From: Bergeyella zoohelcum
GTDB taxonomy: Bacteria; Bacteroidota; Bacteroidia; Flavobacteriales; Weeksellaceae
Length of the DNA: 25,952 nucleotides
Direction: 5' to 3'
Assembly (NCBI GenBank): GCA_030523905.1
Contig: JAUNHO010000001.1
Span: forward strand, 6,107-32,058
Position 1 is the first letter of the stretch, and every line of letters starts with the position of its first letter. The notes under the pieces are model-generated. The model saw only the letters and a list, made by a program, of their open reading frames with translations. It was not told the DNA's origin and did no database searches. A program made the translations under genes and the position numbers. Positions 17,882 through 25,952 of the stretch are shown here, in pieces.

Positions 17882-17965
17882 TACCCCAGACGGGACTTGA
17901 ACCCGTACGCTCTTGCAAGCACAGGATTTTAAGTCCTGCGTGTCTACCAGTTCCACCACCAGGGC
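17882..17965 (-). tRNA. tRNA-Leu(TAA)
   Basis: GCCCTGG acceptor, CAGGA-CT TAA AA-TCCTG anticodon arm, long variable arm, GGTTCAAGTCC; CCA not encoded. Confidence 0.97.
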
Positions 17966-18009
17966 TGGTAAAAAAAATAGAAGCACTATGTCTTCTATCT
18001 TTATCCCTG

Positions 18010-18082
18010 AGCGAAAAACGGGATTCGAACCCGCGACCCCAACCTTGGCAAGGTTGTGCTCTACCAACTGAGCTATTTTCGC
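18010..18082 (-). tRNA. tRNA-Gly(GCC)
   Basis: GCGAAAA/TTTTCGC acceptor, CAACC-TT GCC AA-GGTTG anticodon arm, GGTTCGAATCC. Confidence 0.97.
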
Positions 18083-18088
18083 AAGTAG

Positions 18089-18170
18089 TGCGGATGAAGG
18101 GACTCGAACCCCCACGCCGTGAAGCACCAGATCCTAAGTCTGGCGTGGCTACCAATTACACCACATCCGC
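18089..18170 (-). tRNA. tRNA-Leu(TAG)
   Basis: GCGGATG/CATCCGC acceptor, CCAGA-CT TAG GA-TCTGG anticodon arm, variable arm, GGTTCGAGTCC. Confidence 0.97.
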
Positions 18171-18207
18171 ATTTTATTACTAAGAACTCCGTCTCGTTTT
18201 GTGGTTG

Positions 18208-18238
18208 CAAATATACAAACTTTTTTCAAACCTCCAAA
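18208..18238 (-). promoter_or_regulatory. tRNA operon promoter
   Basis: Minus strand TTTG (18238-18235), 19-nt spacer, TATATTTG (18215-18208). Confidence 0.75.
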
Positions 18239-18342
18239 TTTTTTTTCAAAAAAAATCATTTTTTTCAAAAAAAGTTGGTTTTAGAGATTTTGTTTCAGCA
18301 ATATTTTATACCTTTACGCACTCAATTTTTAGTTATAAGAAT

Positions 18343-18720
18343 ATGGAATTACAAGGAACTATAAAAAAACTATTTGAAACCCAAACTTTCCAAAGTGGCT
18401 TTCAAAAAAGAGAAATGATATTATTGACCCAAGAGCAATACCCACAGCCTATAAGTATTGAGTTCTTGTCTGAAAAAATTTCTTTACTAGACCAAGTTTC
18501 CGAAGGCGATGAGGTGAAGGTTGGCATCAATATCCGTGGTAGAGAATGGACTAATCCGCAGGGCGAGGTGAAGTATTTCAACTCTATTACAGCGTGGAGA
18601 ATGGAGAAAATAGGCGGTAATAGTAACTTCAATGAGCCTACACAAGCGGCTCCATCGGCTGCGTCAGAACTATTAGAAGACGATCCTTTTACGGAAGAAG
18701 ACGATGATTTGCCATTCTAA
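18343..18720 (+). CDS. DUF3127 domain protein
   Basis: Start MELQGTIKK (the track start at 18199 overlaps the tRNA promoter). GFQKRE, QYPQPISIEF, NIRGREW, YFNSITAWR and an acidic DDDLPF tail reminiscent of SSB. Confidence 0.88.
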   Translation: MELQGTIKKLFETQTFQSGFQKREMILLTQEQYPQPISIEFLSEKISLLDQVSEGDEVKVGINIRGREWTNPQGEVKYFNSITAWRMEKIGGNSNFNEPTQAAPSAASELLEDDPFTEEDDDLPF

Positions 18721-18743
18721 AATATTTGTAAAATGATAAATCC

Positions 18744-18777
18744 AATCCTGTATTTTTAGATAAATGCAGGATTTTTT
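18744..18777 (+). terminator. Terminator-like hairpin between DUF3127 and aat
   Basis: AATCCTGTATTT / AAATGCAGGATT (one G-U pair) followed by TTTT. Confidence 0.6.
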
Positions 18778-18780
18778 ACT

Positions 18781-19422
18781 ATGGTTTTTCTTGATAAAAA
18801 TGAAATTTCTTTTCCAGACCCTAGCCTATATCACCCAATAAATGGGCTAATCGCTGCTGGTGGAGACCTCACGCCAGAACGGATTTGGCTAGCGTATCAG
18901 TTAGGAATTTTTCCTTGGTATAACCCTGGTGAGGAGATACTTTGGTGGTGTCCAGACCCTAGGTTTGTGCTTTTCCCAAGAGAAATAAAAGTATCTAAAT
19001 CTATGCGGAAAATCTTGCGAGATGGCGTTTTTTCTTTTACAGAAAACAAATGTTTTGCGGAGGTAATGAAAGCCTGTATGACCTCGCCGAGAAGAGAGCA
19101 AGATGGGACTTGGATTTCAGATGAGCTGATAGAATCCTTCGTGGAGCTTCACTATCAGGGGAAGGCGAAAAGTATAGAGGTATGGCAAAATGAGGAGCTA
19201 GTAGGAGGTTTCTATGGGCTGGTAGTAGGGGAGGTTTTCTGTGGGGAGAGTATGTTCAGCCGTGTGAGTAATGCCTCCAAGGCGGGGTTTATTCATTTTG
19301 TTTTGGCTAATGCGGAACAATTTAGTTTGATAGATTGCCAGATACATTCGGAGCATCTGGAAAGTCTTGGGGCGAGAATGATTCCCAAAATGGAGTATCT
19401 GAAATATCTATACAGAGGATAA
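18781..19422 (+). CDS. aat: Leucyl/phenylalanyl-tRNA--protein transferase
   Basis: GLIAAGGDL, AYQLGIFPW, WWCPDPR, LVGGFYG, FCGESMFS and LIDCQ. Confidence 0.95.
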   Translation: MVFLDKNEISFPDPSLYHPINGLIAAGGDLTPERIWLAYQLGIFPWYNPGEEILWWCPDPRFVLFPREIKVSKSMRKILRDGVFSFTENKCFAEVMKACMTSPRREQDGTWISDELIESFVELHYQGKAKSIEVWQNEELVGGFYGLVVGEVFCGESMFSRVSNASKAGFIHFVLANAEQFSLIDCQIHSEHLESLGARMIPKMEYLKYLYRG

Positions 19423-19423
19423 A

Positions 19424-19455
19424 AAAATCCGAGAGAAATGAATCTCTCGGATTTT
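19424..19455. terminator. Bidirectional terminator between aat and S8 peptidase 2
   Basis: AAAATCCGAGAGA / TCTCTCGGATTTT perfect 13-bp arms. Confidence 0.88.
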
Positions 19456-19474
19456 AATTGCTAAGAATCTATGA

Positions 19475-22400
19475 TTACTTTATGATAAGCTTAACAGATT
19501 GCTTCACATCATTATTATCCACTACATTAAGGATATATACACCTTTTGGATACTGAGTAAGATTGATGTTTGCTTTATTGCTTTGGAAAGCTTTATTGAA
19601 TATTTGCTTACCAGAAGCGTCATAAACCTCTGCTTTTAGTGATGAAACTTTGCTTCCTGCGTCTATCACAAAATTACCATCTGATGGGTTCGGATATACT
19701 TTAAGTCTATCATTTTGAGCCACGGTATCAGAAACGGAAAGATTAACGATTTCCACAGTAACGGTTTTTTCTTCAGATTTCACAGAGTCTGAATAAAGCC
19801 CTCTTACTTCGTAGGTATATACCCCGTTGGTATTTACTATATCGGTATGAGATAAAGAATTTACGCCATCTAGATTTGTAGTTCCTATGACATTTCCACC
19901 TGCCTTTTTCACTACTTCGTAGCCTAAAAGATGAGGTAGCACTGCCGTTGCAAATTCTACTTTCACATTAGATTCTGATGTTTTAGTATCATCATCAATG
20001 AAAGCTATTAATTCGCCTTTTTGCAAGCGTGTTTTATCATCATCATTTACGGTTGCTATCGTAGTGTTTTCGTTTTGTGGAGCAGCGATAGAGGCTGTAT
20101 TGTCATAACCTACGATGATGTCATCTAGGGCTAGTAGATAGCTGTTGTCTTCTTTTTTCGTTCTATGGTGGAATGCGATGAAGAAGTCTTTGCTAGTATA
20201 GTCTTTGATGTTGAGATTTCTATTAATGAAATAGTTTTCACCAGTTACCGATCCATCAAAGGAGTAGATTTTATGCCCTGCTAGGATTTCTTCTTTGGTA
20301 GGTGCCACACCTGATTCTGGTGCAGGTACGATATAGACATCATATCTTTCTTTAAAGGCGTGTTTCACCTTATAGTTAAGAACCTCTGCATCTTTTCTCA
20401 GTTTATCGGTTACTAAATAATCATCTACATCAAAGTTTTTACCATTCCAAGATTGAGACAATATACCATATGAGCCAGAATTCTTGTGCTGAGTAGTGAT
20501 TTTCCAGGTATATCTATCATTATTACCATTGATTACGGTAATATGAGTAGGGATATTTCCGTTTGCCTCAAAACCTTCTTTGTAGATGTCATTGAGGATA
20601 GGTCTTTCCCAAGTAAGTTTTACCTGTGCATTATCGCTAGTCTCGGTTACAGCAGCTTTTAGGTTTTTCACCGCTCCGTAGATAGGGGTTACCTTTATAT
20701 TTGCTGTCTGGGTACTGCTACCGTGCGGAGCTTTAGCCTCTAATGTTACTGCAAAGTTTCCTTCTTTATTGAATTTTATTACAGGGTTTTTAGCATTTGC
20801 AGAAGTATTAGAAGTAAATTCTACACCATCGCTAGGCGTTACAGTCCAGATGAACTCATTAGGGCTAGGGTTTCCTGTAGATGAGTTGGTAAATGCAACA
20901 CTTTCACCTGAATAAATCTCTGTTTTAGAAGTAGTGAATACGGCTTTCACAGGTACATTTCTCACGGTGATGAGAGATGCCTTTGTAGCTGTTGCTTCAC
21001 CTTCTTTGTTGGTTGCTTTTAGAGTTACGGAATACTGCCCTTCTTTGTTGAAGATAACTTTTGGATTTTGAGAAGCCGAAGTGGTATTATCCTGATAAGT
21101 AACCGTTGCAGGTTCAAAAATCCATTCGTATTTCGTTATAGGCTGAGTTTCAGTTGTGATTACATTAGATGTAAATTCTACTGGTGTGAAAGCATTCACG
21201 CTTGTAGCACTTGCGGAGAAATCTACCTCTGGTTTTCCTTCCGCGTGCTGGAATACTACCTCGTCTATCGCTACGGCAAAGGCTGCTGTACCTGCAGGTA
21301 CTTTATTGTTAAACCCGAAATACATCGCTTTGTCTTCTGCTGGTGAAGTAAATTCAAAGTAAGACTTCTTGTACTTACCGTCATTTGTAGGGTAGATTGT
21401 TTCCCCTATTTTGGTAAGCATAGCACCGCTTTCAGGTTGGTCTCCTACAAAAATATCAACAGACTCTTTTACAGCACTTCTGAATAATTTAGAGTTTGCT
21501 ATTACTCTATATCTTGTATTTGCTTTTAGTTTAACAGGGTTAGAAAATAGCCAGTCGTTCGTACCTTTATCGGTATTAGGGAAATTGACAGCGAAGCTTG
21601 TACCCTCGTAAGCGAATCTGTTATCGGTACGCTGTGTCCAGGTTTTGCCGTCTTTATCCGTGTCTTCGGAAGTCCAGCCATTTTTATTCAAATCATCTTC
21701 AAAGCCAAACTTGTGGGAGTTGCCTTTCTCTCTAATATCCACCAAAGTACCATAAGCGGCTCTATCGGCTTTGTTATTAAATTTCACTTCATCGCTATCG
21801 TGCGTAATAGTTCCTATGATGCTATAATTCACGAAAGATTTAGATAGGTCTAAATTAATAGTCTGAGAAAGTGTTTTTCCAGAAGCGATTTCTTCAAGGG
21901 TAATCTCCCCAGTTGATACCTCTGTGCCATTATCTTTATTAAGAAGCTGATATTTCAATTTTGCTCCAGAGATAGCATTAGCTCCGTGATTAACTATTTC
22001 AAACGAAACAGGCGTTTGTGCAGTATAATCTTTTGGTAGAGCATTGATGTTGATGCTATCAAGAGAAAGGTCATTTTTTACTCCGTTATTGATACCAGTA
22101 ACCACTACGGAATAGTCTTGCTTATCAGCATCTTGTAGTTCTAGCTTGTTAGACACGAAGACATTTTTCTTCAAAGTACCCTTGTGAGTAATAGAAATTT
22201 CATAAACGGCACCTGGTACAGGGTTTTCTATTACTATTTGCTCCACATTATCTACATCGTTGTCGCCTTTAGTAGCTGGTGCAGCAGGGTTTCTCACATC
22301 TAGTTTCCACGGAAGGAAAGTTTCCCCGTCTTTCGTTACTCTGATGTCTAGGTCATTTACCAAGGTTTTTAGGTCTTGGTCTAGGATGTTTTCATTAGGT

Positions 22401-23893
22401 AGTACCACTGGTGCAGGGTCTGTCCAAGCGATAGTAACCACCAATGGCTCTTTTCCTAGTGCGGTTACAGAGATGGTGTCTTTTGCGTTATTTTTAAGTT
22501 CTTTTTCTTCTATTAAAGAGTATTTTCCGTTGAGGGAAATGGTAGTCGCAGCTTTGTAAGCGTTGAGTAGCCCCCAGCCGTGCTTGTAGTCTGGTCCAGG
22601 TGCGTCTCCTGCCTCATTAGCGGTAGCAATAGCCAATGCTTTCAAAGTAGCGGACTTCATCAGTTTTTTGTCATTGGTCTTGCTATAATGCTCTTGTAGT
22701 AATAGTAACGAACCTGTAACATTTGGTGATGCCATAGAGGTACCACTCATTGTAGTATAGGTATTACCACTGCTATTTGTAGAGAATACATCTACCCCAA
22801 TACCAGTAAGGTCTGGTTTGATACGCCCATCATCTATTGGTCCAAAAGCAGAGAAACTAGCCATTTTCACATCAGAAGGCTTTGTATATCCGCCAGGGAT
22901 TTTATGTGCAGCACCTACAATGAGAGGGTTTTTAGCCGTAGCACCGTGTACGATAGTATCAAAGCCGTGTTCGCCTCCATTTTTTTGTCTTGCTACATTA
23001 GAAGATTGCCATCTTCCCCCGATATTTACAAGGTGAACTGCACCTGGTTCTGGTCCATCACCTCTTGGGTTTCCAGCTGCTTTTACTGGTAGATAGTAAG
23101 GGGCATTTACGGCAATAAGGTCATATTGCTGGTCAAAATTAGAATATTTCCCGTAGAGTTTGAACTCTGTGTCTTCATTTCCACCCATCCAGTGCCATTG
23201 CTGTGCTCCAGAAGCAGCCCAAACCCATCCACTAAGGAAACCATAGGAGTGGTTAGAAAGTATAGCGGCATCATTTTTTGCTGCTGTGGTCATCTCGGCT
23301 ACATCTTGGTTCCAGTCGTATGCATTGAGTTTAGCTTTTGGTGCCATACCTTTTGCAGCCGCGTTGATACCTGCCGCCACCATAGTTCCGCCCACATGGG
23401 TAGCGTGGTCATTCACTTGTGGGGCACTATCTTTTTGGGTTGCTCTGCCTCCAAATTCTTGGTGTGCTAGATTTACTCCACCGCCGTCCCATTCGTGTAC
23501 GGTCATACCTTCACCATTAAGGTTGAAATGCCCAGTAGCATCATTTAGTTTATCAGCACCTGTACCTACTGCTGTACCTGCGTTGTAGGTTACATAGTAC
23601 ATTGGTCTGCCACTTTTGTCAAATCCATTCAGTTGTAGATACTGCCCTTTGCTTTGTAGGGAGAAAGGTATTCCTAATGCCTTAGAACGAGCTTTAAGCT
23701 GTTCCGTAGTAAGTGTTTTCTTACCTATGCTTTCTTGTAAAAGACTTAGTTCTTTTACCTTCGTCTCACTCTTGATTTGCTTTATCTGATTGACATCTTG
23801 AGCATAAACAAATACAGGAGCGAGCATAAAACTTGCAGCTATTGGAAGTACTCTTTCTGTACCCATTAGTCTGCCAAAAATATTATTTTTCAT
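19475..23893 (-). CDS. Large T9SS-secreted S8 peptidase with cleaved-adhesin-like (choice-of-anchor J) and PKD domains
   Basis: Triad motifs EWDGG, HATHV and GTSMASP; KAAGN. Then a CARDB-like Ig segment, adhesin module 1 (FGFEDD...DGKTW...NDWLFS...AIDEV), two PKD repeats, adhesin module 2 (EGFE...VDDYLVT...LALDDI) and a T9SS CTD (VYPNPS...GVYILNV...KLIIK). Confidence 0.92.
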   Translation of the reverse strand: MKNNIFGRLMGTERVLPIAASFMLAPVFVYAQDVNQIKQIKSETKVKELSLLQESIGKKTLTTEQLKARSKALGIPFSLQSKGQYLQLNGFDKSGRPMYYVTYNAGTAVGTGADKLNDATGHFNLNGEGMTVHEWDGGGVNLAHQEFGGRATQKDSAPQVNDHATHVGGTMVAAGINAAAKGMAPKAKLNAYDWNQDVAEMTTAAKNDAAILSNHSYGFLSGWVWAASGAQQWHWMGGNEDTEFKLYGKYSNFDQQYDLIAVNAPYYLPVKAAGNPRGDGPEPGAVHLVNIGGRWQSSNVARQKNGGEHGFDTIVHGATAKNPLIVGAAHKIPGGYTKPSDVKMASFSAFGPIDDGRIKPDLTGIGVDVFSTNSSGNTYTTMSGTSMASPNVTGSLLLLQEHYSKTNDKKLMKSATLKALAIATANEAGDAPGPDYKHGWGLLNAYKAATTISLNGKYSLIEEKELKNNAKDTISVTALGKEPLVVTIAWTDPAPVVLPNENILDQDLKTLVNDLDIRVTKDGETFLPWKLDVRNPAAPATKGDNDVDNVEQIVIENPVPGAVYEISITHKGTLKKNVFVSNKLELQDADKQDYSVVVTGINNGVKNDLSLDSININALPKDYTAQTPVSFEIVNHGANAISGAKLKYQLLNKDNGTEVSTGEITLEEIASGKTLSQTINLDLSKSFVNYSIIGTITHDSDEVKFNNKADRAAYGTLVDIREKGNSHKFGFEDDLNKNGWTSEDTDKDGKTWTQRTDNRFAYEGTSFAVNFPNTDKGTNDWLFSNPVKLKANTRYRVIANSKLFRSAVKESVDIFVGDQPESGAMLTKIGETIYPTNDGKYKKSYFEFTSPAEDKAMYFGFNNKVPAGTAAFAVAIDEVVFQHAEGKPEVDFSASATSVNAFTPVEFTSNVITTETQPITKYEWIFEPATVTYQDNTTSASQNPKVIFNKEGQYSVTLKATNKEGEATATKASLITVRNVPVKAVFTTSKTEIYSGESVAFTNSSTGNPSPNEFIWTVTPSDGVEFTSNTSANAKNPVIKFNKEGNFAVTLEAKAPHGSSTQTANIKVTPIYGAVKNLKAAVTETSDNAQVKLTWERPILNDIYKEGFEANGNIPTHITVINGNNDRYTWKITTQHKNSGSYGILSQSWNGKNFDVDDYLVTDKLRKDAEVLNYKVKHAFKERYDVYIVPAPESGVAPTKEEILAGHKIYSFDGSVTGENYFINRNLNIKDYTSKDFFIAFHHRTKKEDNSYLLALDDIIVGYDNTASIAAPQNENTTIATVNDDDKTRLQKGELIAFIDDDTKTSESNVKVEFATAVLPHLLGYEVVKKAGGNVIGTTNLDGVNSLSHTDIVNTNGVYTYEVRGLYSDSVKSEEKTVTVEIVNLSVSDTVAQNDRLKVYPNPSDGNFVIDAGSKVSSLKAEVYDASGKQIFNKAFQSNKANINLTQYPKGVYILNVVDNNDVKQSVKLIIK

Positions 23894-23918
23894 ACAATAA
23901 CTAAATTTTATGTCTGTG

Positions 23919-23950
23919 CAAAATTACTTGTTATTTTTATATAAAACAAA
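23919..23950 (-). promoter_or_regulatory. Promoter of S8 peptidase 2
   Basis: Minus strand TTTG (23950-23947), 20-nt spacer, TAATTTTG (23926-23919). Confidence 0.7.
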
Positions 23951-24019
23951 TAAAATTAACTGAACCTGTTATTTTTCATTAACCTATGCTGATGGATTCG
24001 TTTTAATGTAAATAATTAA

Positions 24020-24027
24020 TACCTTTG
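24020..24027 (+). promoter_or_regulatory. -7 promoter element of menD
   Basis: TACCTTTG ending 4 nt before the ATG. Confidence 0.65.
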
Positions 24028-24031
24028 CGGA

Positions 24032-25705
24032 ATGAAAAAATACACTACCAAACGCTCTGTGCAAATCCTAGCACATCTACTGAAAGAATATGGTATTCAG
24101 GATGTTATCATTTCGCCTGGGTCGCGTAATGCACCTTTGGCAATTCATTTTGGTGAGACCGATTATTTCAATTCTTATAGTATTGTAGATGAGCGTTCAG
24201 CGGCTTTCGTGGGGCTTGGTATGGCGAAAAGCGAGAGAAAACCTGTGGCTATCACCTGTACGAGTGGCTCGGCGGTGGCGAATTATTACCCTGCCGTTAC
24301 CGAAGCATTCTATCAAAATGTACCGATGTTGCTCCTCACTGCCGATAGACCAGAGGATTTTGTAGATATTTTTGATGGGCAGACCATCAGGCAAAATGGG
24401 ATTTTTCATCAGCATTCTTACGGCGATTTTCAGCTAGTGGAAGATACCGAAAATGAAGCCGATGAATACAATTTCCGAACGATAAAAAAAGCCATAGAAC
24501 TCTGTATAGAGAGGCAAGGGCCAGTGCATATCAATATCCCGTTATCGGAGCCATTGTACGAAATGACAGCCGAGCTGCCGCATTTCCCAAGCGTGGAAAA
24601 TACCCTACAAAAAAGGAAATATACGCTGTCTCCTACCCTTACTGCTGAATGGAATTTAGCCAAACGAATAATGATTTTGGTCGGTACGAGGGATTATAGC
24701 GAGGAACTTGAAAGTCAGCTATCTCAATTGGTAAAAAACCATTCCGTGGTGGTGCTTTGCGAGGCTAATTCTAACCTGAATAACGACAAATTTTTCCAGC
24801 ATATAGACCGCTATATTTATCACTTCACGGAGGAAGATTTTCAGACCTATGCCCCAGATTTACTCATCACCATAGGGCAGAATGTAGTATCTAAAAAAGT
24901 AAAGCAATTTTTACGAAAAGCCCAGCCAAAACATCATTGGCACATCGATGAGCATTGGCATCCTGATACCTATTTCTGCCTAACGCGAAAGGAAGAAGTA
25001 CGAGCGGAAGTCTTTTTTAATCAGTTACTGAATGTTGTGAGCCTAGAGCCTAGTTCGTTTTTTAATCTTTGGGATAGCCTGAGGGATAAAAAAGACAAAA
25101 AACATTCGGAATATTTGGATAAAGTGCCGTTTTCGGATTATTTCGTTTTTGATAAAATCTCAAAACAAGTGCCAGAGCATTTCAATATCCATTTTTCTAA
25201 TAGTTCGGCCATTCGCTACGCCCAGTTGTTTAGTTTTAAGAATAAAATCTACTGCAACCGAGGTACAAGCGGTATAGAAGGCTCCACTTCTACGGCAATG
25301 GGTTTTGCGATAAAGAATGCCAACCCAACGCTTTTGGTAACAGGCGATTTGAGTTTCTTCTACGATGTCAATGGGCTTTGGAACCAGTATATACCGCCCT
25401 ATACACGCATTATTTTGGTGAATAATGGCGGTGGGAATATCTTCAAAATCATACCTGGACCTAGTAAAACCAATCCTAATATTTTGGACGAATTCATCAC
25501 CACAAAGCATAGCAAAACCGCTGAACATATAGCGAAACACTTTGGATTTCAGTACATAAAAGTGAATGATGAGGTCTCGTTTGAGAGGGTTCTAGATTTG
25601 TTTTTCAACCCAGATGTACAGCCTAAAATATTAGAAGTTTCCACGGCAGAGATAGACAATGCAGAGATTTTGAAAAACTATTTTGAAAGTTTAATCCATA
25701 TTTAG
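24032..25705 (+). CDS. menD: SEPHCHC synthase (menaquinone biosynthesis, ThDP-dependent)
   Basis: ISPGSRNAP, DERSAAF, TSGSA, TADRP, NRGTSGIEG and GDLSFFYD...NNGGGNIF. Confidence 0.96.
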   Translation: MKKYTTKRSVQILAHLLKEYGIQDVIISPGSRNAPLAIHFGETDYFNSYSIVDERSAAFVGLGMAKSERKPVAITCTSGSAVANYYPAVTEAFYQNVPMLLLTADRPEDFVDIFDGQTIRQNGIFHQHSYGDFQLVEDTENEADEYNFRTIKKAIELCIERQGPVHINIPLSEPLYEMTAELPHFPSVENTLQKRKYTLSPTLTAEWNLAKRIMILVGTRDYSEELESQLSQLVKNHSVVVLCEANSNLNNDKFFQHIDRYIYHFTEEDFQTYAPDLLITIGQNVVSKKVKQFLRKAQPKHHWHIDEHWHPDTYFCLTRKEEVRAEVFFNQLLNVVSLEPSSFFNLWDSLRDKKDKKHSEYLDKVPFSDYFVFDKISKQVPEHFNIHFSNSSAIRYAQLFSFKNKIYCNRGTSGIEGSTSTAMGFAIKNANPTLLVTGDLSFFYDVNGLWNQYIPPYTRIILVNNGGGNIFKIIPGPSKTNPNILDEFITTKHSKTAEHIAKHFGFQYIKVNDEVSFERVLDLFFNPDVQPKILEVSTAEIDNAEILKNYFESLIHI

Positions 25706-25726
25706 ATTATCTTATTATAACATTTT

Positions 25727-25768
25727 AAAAGCAATTCGAAAAAAAATCGGATAGCTTTTTATTTTTTA
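25727..25768 (+). terminator. Imperfect terminator after menD
   Basis: AAAAGCAATTCGA / TCGGATAGCTTTT (one G-U pair, one mismatch) followed by a T run. Confidence 0.5.
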
Positions 25769-25952
25769 CGAATATTGTAAAATATTCATTTTAAAATTAT
25801 ATCAAAAAAATGTAAGATTTAATGGGATTATGCTATTCATAATATTTTAACAAATAATTAGAATTTAATCAACATAAATCTTATTACTCATCATTAATTT
25901 TGTCCTCATTAAATAACAAAAGAGAATAAAATTATTTTATGATGAGTTTATT

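Noticed and set aside
17841-18155. Minus-strand ORFs of 104 aa and 85 aa
   Set aside because: They are translations across the three tRNA genes.
17882-18170. tRNA operon as a prophage or island attachment site
   Set aside because: No duplicated tRNA 3' end and no integrase in the window.
18199-18342. N-terminal extension of the DUF3127 ORF
   Set aside because: It covers the tRNA promoter and homopolymer tracts; the recognisable protein starts at ATG 18343.
1713-25540. Numerous 60-165 aa antisense or alternative-frame ORFs inside fbaA, mnmG, pgk, rpiB, rnr and the S8 and menD genes
   Set aside because: They are fully overlapped by well-supported genes and show no motifs or independent expression signals.
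25939-25952. ATG ATG AGT TTA as the start of the next gene
   Set aside because: Only 14 nt are visible, too little to support a call.

Overview
Chromosomal window from an AT-rich Bacteroidota bacterium, most likely Weeksellaceae (Riemerella/Bergeyella-like; inferred from TAnnTTTG promoters, T9SS C-terminal domains and GLPGLI/DUF3078/DUF3127 genes). It appears to span the replication origin: a 684-bp non-coding DnaA-box cluster lies between divergent pgk and rpiB (12426-13109), and two parS-like sites bracket mnmG. Housekeeping genes are fbaA, mnmG, pgk, rpiB, rnr, aat, menD and a Leu-Gly-Leu tRNA operon. Accessory content includes a 5'-truncated small four-cysteine peptide upstream of two GLPGLI-family genes, a DUF6261-like gene preceded by a 251-bp tandem duplication and ~21/84-nt periodic DNA, a divergent lipoprotein/XRE pair with a candidate operator, a YiiX-type NlpC/P60 lipoprotein, and two paralogous T9SS-secreted S8 proteases, one with a gingipain-like adhesin region. 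A hand scan found no ACGT, CCGG or GCGC and very few CATG or GATC. Both parS copies differ from consensus exactly at the central ACGT. No transposase, integrase, CRISPR array or rRNA was seen. All family assignments come from motif recognition, not database searches.
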